Source: Macrostomum lignano (taxonomy: Eukaryota). Taken from it: a stretch of 37,015 bases of DNA. Under the pieces are notes generated by a model. The model was not told the DNA's origin, searched no databases, and saw nothing but the letters and a program-made list of their open reading frames with translations. How positions within the stretch are numbered: the stretch's first letter is position 1; each line of letters opens with the position of its first letter. The translations under genes and the position numbers were made by a program. This document shows, piece by piece, positions 20,272-32,158 of the stretch. The stretch lies in contig NIVC01004724.1 in the NCBI GenBank assembly GCA_002269645.1, positions 1 through 37,015 of the forward strand, in the 5' to 3' direction.

Positions 20272-22371
20272 TCTATATACTAAAGTTGACGCGTTGTTTG
20301 TCTGTCTGTATGTCAGTTCGATAACTCCTCCTAGAATACTTGCAACTCAGCGTTGAAACTTATATGGGAAAACTGCAAATTTTCCGAGGATGGCTTTAGG
20401 CTATTTTAATCTTTCATTTTCAATTTTAAGATCCCTAAAAAAGCAGAAAACGGCGGTCTTGACCTTTGATAATCTTAATTGTCCCTCTTTCTGCTCGGAG
20501 CTGAAAATTGCATGAATTTTAAGTGCATTGCGCCTCATTGACAATTTGGCTGACTTGGCGCAGGCTGAACGTACTGATACTTTGCTATAAATCAGTCCTG
20601 TGTATTTGTTGGACATTGAAATTCAATGCATCAACTTGCAAGCAGGCAGTGAACGTACACTCGATACTTCAATGCTATAAATCAGACAGTTTCAAACGAG
20701 AGGTTCCTCGAGTTTTAAACTTTGAGAGGAGAAACTTATATTGCTGGCAAGATCTTGCAACGCTGAGTTCGGGGATATAAGTTGTTTGCTTTAACTATGA
20801 AAAGAAAAAGCACAGCATTTGGAAAACTATTTCCATACTTTTAACTTTTTGCAAATATTGTACTCAGTTTTGCAAGACGTAATAGATAAAGTTGGGGGGA
20901 GGGTTCAACTTCTCACTACAGCTGTGGATTGGAGGGTTGATTTAGATTGCGCAATCTTTTGTTAACTTTACCTGAGGCTGATACTGACTGACTGTGAAAT
21001 CGGTTGCGCAATGAATTGATTCAATTAGTTCAATATTTTTATCTGTGCCTTTTAACACGAAGCTGTGCGTAGTTCTAACCCTAACCCTAACCCTAACCCT
21101 AATGAATCTGGCGAGTTGAGTTGTTTGACGGAAAAAATTCGATTAAGTCAAGTTTAGCGGAGACGATTTCAATGTTTAAATTCTGACGGAGAAGATTTCT
21201 GTTTCGTGGAGAGGATTTCGATGATGTTCAGTTTCACGAAAGGATTTCCATGGTGTTCAGTTTCACGGAGAGGATTTCGATCATGTTCAGCTTCACGGAG
21301 AGGCTTTCTGTTTCGCGAGATAATTTATGATTGATTTCTGTTTTATGGAAACAATTTTGATGGATTTAAGGTTTCAAGGAGAGGATTTCGAAGGAGTCCA
21401 GTTTCACTGAGAGGATTTCGATGGTTTTTAGTTGCACAGACAGGATTTTTGCTTCGCGGAGAGGATCTTGATGGATTTGGCATCTTCAATCAGTCAGAGA
21501 AGAGAGTAAAGAGAAGACTGAAAAGAGAAGAGAGAAGAGATGATAGAAAACAGAGTATAATTGAGTGGAGAGATTAGACATGACAGATTGGAGATGATAG
21601 GAGAGAGAATAGATGAGGGATAAGAGCGTACAGAGGCAATAGAAGAGAGGGGAGAGTAGAGGAGAAAGAAAGAGTGAGATGAGGAGATGAGGAGATGAGG
21701 GATGAGAGAGGAGGGAGAGAGGAGACAGGAGAGAGTACAGACGAAAGACTAGGGAGAAGATATAAATAAGGTAGTAAAGATGAGAGGAGAGAGAGGAGAG
21801 AGAAGCGAAAGGAGAAGAGAGTGAGGAGAGAGGAGAGAGATGAAAGGAGCAAGGAAAGGAGAAAAGAGAGAATGGAGAGAATAGAAAAGAGAGAAGAGAA
21901 GAGACAGGGGATAGTGAAAAGGAGGAAGAAAGATGGGAGACAAGAAAGTAGTGTCAGAGCGTATATGAAATATGAGAAATGAGAGCAGAGAGAAGAGAAA
22001 AGAGAAGAGAGAGAGAGGGTTAAGAGAGACGATAGATAAGTGAGTAGAGATGACATATGAGAGAGGAGAGAAGAGGGAGAGATAAGAGTGAAGAGAGGAG
22101 ACAGAAGACAGGAGAAGGTACAGACGAAAGACGAGGGAGAAGAGATAAATAAGGGAGCAGGGGTAGAGATGAGATGAAGAGAGGAGAGAGGAGATATGAG
22201 AGACTTGAGAGTCTTTGAGCTATGGTCTTTGAAAGATTTTGTAAAGAATTTGGAGACGATTTGGAAGATAGGGTTAAAGACATGGAATTTCAGTTGATGG
22301 ATATTTCAGGGAATAGAATTCCGGTGATGGGAGTTCTTCCCCTTTCTCCTCCGAAGGAGGAGTTCCACTCG
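20272..22371 (+). mobile_element. Array unit 6 (2100 bp)
   Basis: Starts TCTATATACTAAAG; module A scrambled or deleted at 20525-20595; TAACCC 21076-21102. Confidence 0.6.
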
Positions 22372-25135
22372 TATATACTAAAGTTGACGTGTTGTTTGTC
22401 TGTCTGTCTGTGTGTGTCTGTCATTTCGACAACTCCTCCTTGAATAGTGGCAACTCAGCGTTGAAACTTATATGGGAAGATTGGAAATTATCCGAGGTCG
22501 GCTATAGGCTATTTTAATTCTGAAATTTTAATTTCTAAATCCTCAAAAAAGCAGAAAACGGCGGTCTTGACCTTTGATAATCTTAATTGTCCCCTCTTTC
22601 TGCTTGGAGCTGAAAATTTGCATGAATTTCAAGTGATTGCGCCACAACTTTTCCCTATCTCTGCAGTGTATTTTCTCTCCAGTGGGGGGATGGGGCGTTC
22701 TAAATGGCTGCCTGTGTACAATCGGACCCTGGCTCACTGGCTGACTGTATAGACAATTGCGCAAAGATTTGTGTTCTAATTTTCAATAGGCAATTTTGTT
22801 GAACGTTGAAATTCAATGCATAAACTTGCGGGCCTCTTTAGCAGGCAGTGAACGTACAATCGATATTTCAATGCTTTAAATCAGAAAGTTTCAAACGCAA
22901 ACTGTTGCTCGAGTTTTTAACTTTGAGAGAAAAAATTTATATTGCTGGAAAGAACTTGCAAAGCTGATTTCAGGGATATAAATTGTTTGCTTCAAATATG
23001 AAAACTAAAAGCTCTGCATTGCAAAAACTATTTCCATACTTTAAACTTTCTGCAAAGATTGTACTCATTTTGGCGAGAGGTGAGAGATAAAGTTGGGGGT
23101 TTCGACTTCCAACTGGCGCTGTGTATAGGAAGGGGGTCAGTTGCTTTGTATTGGAGGGTTGATTTAGATTGCGCAATGTTTTTGTTAACTTTAACTGAGA
23201 CTGATACTGACTGACTGTGAAATCGGTTGCGCAATGAATTGATTCAATTAGTTCAATAGTTTATCAGTGCCTTTTAACACGAAGCTGTGCGTAGTTCTAA
23301 CCCTAACCCTAACCCTAACCAATGAATCCGGAGAGTTGAGTTGTTTGACGGAAAAAATTGATTGAGTCCAGTTTAGCGGAGACGATTTCAATGTTTTAAT
23401 TTTGACAAAGAGGATTTCTGTTTCGTGGAGAGGATTTCGATGGTGCTCAGTTTCACGGAGAGGATTTTGATGATGTTCAGCTTCACGGAGAGGATTTCTG
23501 TTTCGCGGAGTTAAATTTATGATTGATTTCTGCTTTATGGAGACGATTTTGATAGATTTAAGTTTCAAGGAGAGGATTTCGAAGGTGTTCAGTTTCACGG
23601 AGAGGATTTCGAAGGTGTTCAGTTTCACGGAGAGGATTTCGATGATGTTCAGCTTCACGGAGAGGATTTCTGTTTCGCGGAGATAATTTATGATTGATTT
23701 CTGTTTTATGGAGACGATTTTGATGGATTTAAGTTTCAAGGAGAGGATTTCGAAGGAGTCCAGTTTCACGGAGAGGATTTCGATGGTTTTCAGTTGCACG
23801 GACAGGATTTCTGCTTCGCGGAGAGGATCTTGATGGATTTGGCATCTTCAATCAGTCAGAGAAGAGAGTAAAGAGAAGAATGAAAAGAGAAGAGAGATGA
23901 GATGATAGAAAACAGAGTAGAAATGAGTGGAGAGATTAGACATGACAGATGGGAGAGAAGAGGAAAGTAAGGCGGGAACGAAGGAGAGAGAAGAGAAGAG
24001 GAGAGAGGAGATGAAGGGAGAGGATATGAGAGAGGAGATATGAGATTGCAGAGAGGAGACAGGATGGAGAAGAAAGGAGGGACAAGAGCGTACAGAGGCA
24101 ATAGAAGAGAGGAAAGAGAGGAGAGAGGTGAGAGGTGAGAGGAGAGAGATGAAAGATCAGAGATCAGAGATTTAAGAGAAGAAAGTAGTGAGGAGAAAGA
24201 AGAGGGTAAAGATGAGAGTGCAGAGAGGAGAGAAACGAGAGGAGACAGGTGGTAGAAAGGAGTGTAAAAACAGCAGATAAGAAAGGGGAGGGTGAGAGTG
24301 AGAGCATATAGGAAAGTGTAAAAGGGGAGCAGAGGAGAGAGAATATATAAGTGAGTAGAGAAGAGATATGAGAGAGGAAAGACGAGGGGAGAGAGGAGAC
24401 AGGAGAGAGTAAATTTGAAAGACCTGGGAGAAGAGATAAAAAAGATAGTACAGATGAGAGGAGAGAGAGAGAGGAGAGATGAGAGATGCAATGAGAAAAG
24501 AGATGAGTGAGAAAATAAGAGAGAGAAGAGATTAGAGATTAGAGAAGAGATGAGGGGAGATGAGAGTAGAGAAGAGAGAATGGAGAGGAGAGAAAAGAGA
24601 AGAGAGGAGACAGGTGATGCAGTAGAAAGGAGGGAAGAAAGATGGGAGATAAGAAAGGAGAGGGTGAGAGCGTATAAGAGATACGAGAAATGAGAGCAGA
24701 GAGAAGAGAGAAAAAAGAAGAGAGAAAGTAGAGCGGAGACGATAGATAAGTGATTAGAGATTAGATATGAGAGAGGAGAGAAAAGGGGAGAGATAAGATA
24801 GAAGATAGGAGAGTAGACAGGATAGGGTACAGACGAAAGACGAGGGAGAAGAGATAAATAAGGGAGTAGAGATAAATAAGAGAGTAGGGGTAGAGATGAG
24901 ATGAGAGAGAGGAGAGAGAAGCGAGTCACGATAATAGCGAAGAGAGGAGAGAGTAGATATGAGAGACGTAAGAGTCTTTGAGCTATGGTCTTTGAAATAT
25001 TTTGTAAAGAATTTGGAGACGATTTGGAAGATAGGGTTAAAGACATGGAATTTCAGTTGATGGATATTTCAGGGAATAGAATTCCGGTGATGGGAGTTCT
25101 TCCGGCTTTCTCCTCCGAAGGAGGAGTTCCACTCG
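22372..25135 (+). mobile_element. Array unit 7 (2764 bp)
   Basis: TAACCC 23298-23320; minisatellite block expanded by a ~172-bp duplication (starts 23481 and 23653); long GA tract. Confidence 0.6.
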
Positions 25136-26781
25136 TCTATCTATATATACTAAAGTTGACGCGTTGTTTGTCTGTCTGTCTGTGTGTCTGTCTGTCATTT
25201 CGACAACTCCTCCTTGAATAGTGCCAACTCAGCGTTGAAACTTATATGGGAAGATTGGAAATTATCCGAGGTCGGCTATAGGCTATTTTAATTCTGAAAT
25301 TTTAATTTCTAAGATCCTCAAAAAAGCAGAAAACGGCGGTCTTGACCTTTGATAATCTTAATTGTACCCTCTTTCTGCTTGGAGCTGAAAATTTGCATGA
25401 ATTTCAAGTGATTGCGCCACAACTTTTCCCTATCTCTGCAGTGTATTTTCTCTCCAGTGGGGGGATGGGGCGTTCTAAATGGCTGCCTGTGTACAATCGG
25501 ACCCTGGCTCACTGGCTGACTGTATAGACAATTGCGCAAAGATTTGTGTTCTAATTTTCAATAGGCAGCCCTGTGATTTTGTTGAACCTTGAAATTCAAT
25601 GCATAAACTTGCGGGCCTCTTTAGCAGGCAGTGAACGTACAATTGATATTTCAATGCTTTAAATCAGAAAGTTTCAAACGCAAACTGTTGCTCGAGTTTT
25701 TAACTTTGAGAGAAAAAATTATATTGCTGGAAAGAACTTGCAAAGCTGATTTCAGGGATATAAATTGTTTGCTTTAAATATGAAAAGAAAAAGCACAGCA
25801 TTGAAAAAACTATTTCCATACTTTTAACTTTCTGCAAAAATTGTACTCAGTTTTGCGAGACGTAATAGATAAAGTTGGGGGGAGAGTTCAACTTCTCACT
25901 GCTGCTGTGTATTGGAGGGTTGATTTAGATTGCGCAATGTTTTTCTTAACTTTACCTGAGGCTGATACTGACTGACTGTGAAATCGGTTGCGCAATGAAT
26001 TGATTCAATTAGTTCAATATTTTTATCAGTGCCTTTTAACACGAAGCTGTGCGCAGTTCTAACCCTAACCCTAACCCTAACCCTAACCAATGAATCCGGA
26101 GAGTTGAGTTGTTTGACGGCAAAGAAATTCGATTGAGTCCAGTTTAGCGGAGACGATTTCAATGTTTTAATTTTGACGGAGAGGATTTCTGTTTCGTGGA
26201 GAGGATTTCGATGGTGTTCAGTTTCACGGAGAGGATTTCGATGATGTTCAGCTTCACGGAGAGGATTTCTGTTTCGCGGAGATAATTAATGATTGATTTC
26301 TGTTTTATGGAGACGATTTTGATGAATTTAAGTTTCAATGAGAGGATTTCGAAGGAGTCCAGTTTCACGGAGAGGATTTCGATGGTTTTCAGTTGCACGG
26401 ACAGGATTTCTGCTTCGCGGAGAGGATCTTGATGGATTTGGCATCTTCAATCAGTCAGAGAAGAGAGTAAAGAGAAGAATGAAAAGAGAAGAGAGATGAG
26501 ATGATAGAAAACAGAGTAGAAATGAGTGGAGAGATTAATAAGGGAGTAGGGGCAGAGATGAGATGAGAGAGAGGAGAGAGAAGAGAGTCACGATAATAGC
26601 GAATAGAAGAGAGAGGAGATATGAGAGACGTGAGAGTCTTTGAGCTATGGTCTTTGAAAGGTTTTGTAAAGAGTTTGGAGACGATCTGGAAGATAGGGTT
26701 CAAGACATGGAATTTCAGCTGATGGATTTCAGGGAATGGAATTCCGGTGATGGGAGTTCTTCGAAGGAGGAGTTCCACTCG
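25136..26781 (+). mobile_element. Array unit 8 (1646 bp, deleted derivative)
   Basis: TAACCC 26060-26088; most of the GA tract deleted at ~26535; left arm of the 3' hairpin deleted at 26762/26763. Confidence 0.6.
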
Positions 26782-29472
26782 TCTATATATACTAAAGTTG
26801 ACGCGTTGTTTGTCTGTCTGTCTGTCTGTCATTTCGACAACTCCTCCTTGAATAGTGCCAACTCAGCGTTGAAACTTATATGGGAAGATTGGAAATTATC
26901 CGAGGTCGGCTATAGGCTATTTTAATTCTGAAATTTTAATTTCTAAGATCCTCAAAAAAGCAGAAAACGGCGGTCTTGACCTTTGATAATCTTAATTGTC
27001 CCCTCTTTCTGCTTGGAGCTGAAAATCTGCATGAATTTTAAGTGATTGCGCCATAAAATTTTGCTAACTTGGCAGTGTTTTTTCTCTCCAGTGGGGGATA
27101 GGAGCGTTCTCAGTGGCGGCGTGTGTACACTTGGACCCTAGCTAACTGGCGGACAGTGAAATTCAATGCATCAATTTGCGAGCCTCTCTAGCAGGCAGTG
27201 AACGTACACTCGATATTTCAATGCTTTAAATCAGAAAGTTTCAAATGCTAACTGTTGCTCGATTTTTGAACTTTGAGAGGAGAGACTTATATTGCTGGAA
27301 AGATCTTGCAACGCTGAGTTCAGGGATATAAGTTGTTTGCTTTAACTGTAAAAATTAAAAGCACAGCATTCAAAAAACGATTTTATTACTTTTACTTTTA
27401 ACTTGCTGCAAAGATTGTACTTATTTTTGCGATAGGTCAGAGATAAATTTGGGGGGTTCAATTGCTAATTGCCACTGCGTAGTGGAAGGCGGTCGGGCGC
27501 TGTGTATTGGAGGGTTGATTTAGATTGCGCAATGTTTTTCTTAACTTTAACTGAGACTGATACTGACTGACTGTGAAATCGGTTGCGCCATCAATTTGTT
27601 TTATTATCTGTGCCTTTCAATAGGCTGCCCTGTGTAATAGCCAGCCTGTGTAATGAATGAATAAATTTGCGAGCCTCTTTGGAAGGCAGTGAACGTACAG
27701 GCGATATTTCAATGCCTTAAAACGGGAACTTTCAAACGCTAACTGCTCTTCGAGTTCTAAACTTTAAGAGAAGATACTTATACTGCTGAAAAGATCTTGC
27801 AACGCTGAGTTCGAGGATATAAATTGTTTGCTATAAATGTAAAGACTAAAAGAGCAGCATCAAAAAAACTATTTCCATACTTTTAGCTTTATGCAAAGAT
27901 TGTACTCATTTTTTGGTTCAATGCCCCCAACAGTTCGGCGTTCAATTTCTAACTGCTACTGCGTATTGAAAAGAGGTCGGTCTCTGTGTACTGGAGGGTT
28001 GATTTAGATTGCGCAATCTTTTTGTTAACTTTAACTGAGACTGATACTGACTGACTGAGAAATCGGTTGCGCAATCAATTGATTCAATTGGTTCAATTTT
28101 TATTTGAACACGCAGCTGTGTAGCTTTAACCCTAACCCTAACCCTAACAATAACCCTAACCAATGAATCCTGATATTTATTTTTTTTGACGGAGAAAATT
28201 TCGATTGAGTCCAGTTTAAAAGAGAGAATTTCGATGGTTTTCAGTTGCACGGACAGGATTTCTGCTTCGCGGAGAGGATCTTGATGGATTTGGCATCTTC
28301 AATCAGTCAGAGAAAAGAGTAAAGAGAAGAATGAAAGCAGAAGAGAGATGAGATGATAGAAAACAGAGTAGAAATAAGTGGAGATATTAGACATGACAGA
28401 TTGGAGAGAAGAGGGGATTTAGGCGGGAACGAAGAGGGAGAGAGTAGAAAAGAGGAGAGAGGAGAGAAAATAGATTAGGGATAAGAGCGTACAGAGAAAA
28501 TAGAAGAGAGGGGAGAGTAGAGGAGAAAGAAAGAGTGAGATGAGGGGATGAGGGATGAGAGAGGAGGGGAGACAGGAGAGACAAGAAAGGAGAAAAGAGG
28601 GGAGAAAGGAGAAAGGAGAGAGTAGAGACGAAGGACCAGTTAGAAGATATAAATACGGTAGTAGAGATGAGAGGAGAGATAGGAGAGAGAAGCGAGAGAA
28701 GAAGCGAGAGGAGAAGAGAAAGAGGAGAGAGGAGAGAGATGAAATAGATAAGAGAGTTAAGAGAGGAAAGTAGTGAGGAGAGGAGAGATGAGAGATGCGA
28801 TAAAAAGAGATGAGTGAGAACATAAGAGAGAAGAGAGAAGAGATTAGAGAAGAGAGGGGAGAAGATAAAAGGAGCAAGGGGAGGAGAAAAGAGAGAATGG
28901 AGAGGATAGAAAAGAGAGAAGAGAAGAGACAGGGAAAAGTGGAAAGGAGGAAAGAAAGATTGGAGACAAGTAAGTGGAGTGTGAGAGCGTATATGAGATA
29001 TGAGAAATGAGAGCAGAGAGGAAAGAAAAGAGAAGAGAGAGAGGGTTAAGAGAGACGATAGATAAGTGAATAGGGATGACATATAAAAGAGGAGAGAAGA
29101 GGGAGAGATAAGAGAGAAGAGAGAAGACAGGAGACAGAAGTGAAGAGGAGAGATATGAGAGAAGAGAGGAGACAAGAGACAGGAGAGGGTACAGACGAAA
29201 GACGAGGGATAAAACATAAATAAGGGAGTACGGGTAGAGATGAGATGAGAGAGAGGAGAGAGAAGAGAGTCACGATAATAGCGAATAGAAGAGAGAGGAG
29301 ATATGAGAGACGTGAGAGTCTTTGAGCTATGGTCTTTCAAAGATTTTGTAAAGAATTTGGAGACGATTTGGAAGATGGGATTCAAGTGGAGTTTCAGCTG
29401 ATGGATTTCAGGGAATGGAATTCCGGTGATGGGAGTTCTTCCCCTTTCTCCTCCGAAGGAGGAGTTCCACTC
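26782..29472 (+). mobile_element. Array unit 9 (~2691 bp)
   Basis: Starts TCTATATATACTAAAG; two diverged B modules; TAACCC 28127-28161. Confidence 0.6.
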
Positions 29473-32158
29473 TCTATCTCTATCTATCTATCTATATATA
29501 CTAAAGTTGACGTGTTGTTTGTCTGTCTGTCTGTGTGTCTGTCTGTCATTTCGACAACTCCTCCTTGAATAGTGCCAACTCAGCGTTGAAACTTATATGG
29601 GAAGATTGGAAATTATCCGAGGTCGGCTATAGGCTATTTTAATTCTGAAATTTTAATTTCTAAGATCCTCAAAAAAGCAGAAAACGGCGGTCTTGACCTT
29701 TGATAATCTTAATTGTCCCCTCTTTCTGCTTGGAGCTGAAAATTTGCATGAATTTCAAGTGATTGCGCCACAACTTTTCCCTATCTCTGCAGTGTATTTT
29801 CTCTCCAGTGGGGGGATGGGGCGTTCTAAATGGCTGCCTGTGTACAATCGGACCCTGGCTCACTGGCTGACTGTATAGACAATTGCGCAAAGATTTGTGT
29901 TCTAATTTTCAATAGGCAGCCCTGTGATTTTGTTGAACCTTGAAATTCAATGCATAAACTTGCGGGCCTCTTTAGCAGGCAGTGAACGTACAATCGATAT
30001 TTCAATGCTTTAAATCAGAAAGTTTCAAACGCAAACTGTTGCTCAAGTTTTTAACTTTGAGAGAAAAAATTTATATTGCTGGAAAGAACTTGCAAAGCTG
30101 ATTTCAGGGATATAAATTGTTTGCTTCAAATATGAAAACTAAAAGCTCTGCATTGCAAAAACTATTTCCATACTTTAAACTTTCTGCAAAGATTGTACTC
30201 ATTTTGGCGAGAGGTGAGAGATAAAGTTGGGGGTTTCGACTTCTAACTGGCGCTGTGTATAGGAAGGGGGTCAGTTGCTTTGTATTGGAGGGTTGATTAG
30301 ATTGCGCAAACTTTTTGTTAACTTTAACTGAGACTTATACTGACTAACACAGAAATATATTGCGCAATCAATTGATTCAATTGGTTCACTTTTTTATTAT
30401 CGGCCCTGTGTATTAGCTTGGCAGTGAAATTCAATGTACAAAATTGCGAGCCTCTCAGGCAAGCAGTCGGGAAATCGGTAAATTTCAAACGCTAACTGCT
30501 CCTTGAGTTTTAAACTTTGAGAGGAGAAACTTATATTGCTGGAAAGATCTTGCAACGCTGAGTTTAGGGATATAAGTTGTTTGCTTTAAATATGAAAAGA
30601 AAAAGCACCGCATTTAAAAAACTATTTCCATACTTTTAACTTTCTGCAAAAATTGTACTCAGTTTTGCGAGACGTAATAGATAAAGTTGGGGGAGGGTTC
30701 AACTTCTCACTGCTGCTGTGTATTGGAGGGTTGATTTAGATTGCGCAATGTTTTTGTTAACTTTAACTGAGACTGATACTGACTGACTGTGAAATCGGTT
30801 GCGCAATGATTTGATTCAATTAATTCAATATTTTTATCAGTGCCTTTTAACACGAAGCTGTGCGTAGTTCTAACCCTAACCCTAACCCTAACCCTAATGA
30901 ATCTGGCGAGTTGAGTTGTTTGACGGAAAAAATTCGATTAAGTCAAGTTTAGCGGAGACGATTTCAATGCTTAAATTCTGACGGAGAAGATTTCTGTTTC
31001 GTGGAGAGGATTTCGATGATGTTCAGTTTCACGAAAGGATTTCCATGGTGTTCAGTTTCACGGAGAGGATTTCGATCATGTTCAGCTTCACGGAGAGGCT
31101 TTCTGTTTCGCTGAGATAATTTATGATTGATTTCTGTTTTATGGAAACAATTTTGATGGATTCAGGTTTCAAGGAGAGGATTTCGAAGGAGTCCAGTTTC
31201 ACTGAGAGGATTTCAATGGTTTTTAGTTGCACAGACAGGATTTTTGCTTCGCGGAGAGGATCTTGATGGATTTGGCATCTTCAATCAGTCAGAGAAGAGA
31301 GTAAAGAGAAGACTGAAAAGAGAAGAGAGAAGAGATGATAGAAAACAGAGTATAATTGAGTGGAGAGATTAGACATGACAGATTGGAGATGATAGGAGAG
31401 AGAATAGATGAGGGATAAGAGCGTACAGAGGCAATAGAAGAGAGGGGAGAGTAGAGGAGAAAGAAAGAGTGAGATGAGGAGATGAGGGATGAGAGAGCAG
31501 GGGAGAGAGGAGACAGGAGAGAGTACAGACGAAAGACTAGGGAGAAGATATAAATAAGGTAGTAAAGATGAGAGGAGAGAGAGGAGAGAGAAGCGAAAGG
31601 AGAAGAGAGTGAGGAGAGAGGAGAGAGATGAAAGGAGCAAGGAAAGGAGAAAAGAGAGAATGGAGAGAATAGAAAGAGAGAAGAGAAGAGACAGGGGATA
31701 GTGAAAAGGAGGAAGAAAGATGTGAGACAAGAAAGTAGTGTCAGAGCGTATATGAAATATGAGAAATGAGAGCAGACAGAAGAGAAAAGAGAAGAGAGAG
31801 AGAGGATTAAAGAGACGATAGATAAGTGAGTAGAGATGACATATGAGAGAGGAGAGAAGAGGGAGAGATAAGAGTGAAGAGAGGAGACAGAAGACAGGAG
31901 AAGGTACAGACGAAAGACGAGGGAGAAGAGATAAATAAGGGAGCAGGGGTAGAGATGAGATGAGAGAGAGGAGAGAGGAGATATGAGAGACTTGAGAGTC
32001 TTTGAGCTATGGTCTTTGAAAGATTTTGTAAAGAATTTGGAGACGATTTGGAAGATAGGGTTAAAGACATGGAATTTCAGTTGATGGATATTTCAGGGAA
32101 TAGAATTCCGGTGATGGGAGTTCTTCCCCTTTCTCCTCCGAAGGAGGAGTTCCACTCG
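29473..32158 (+). mobile_element. Array unit 10 (~2686 bp)
   Basis: Starts with an expanded TCTA microsatellite; two B modules; TAACCC 30871-30897. Confidence 0.6.
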
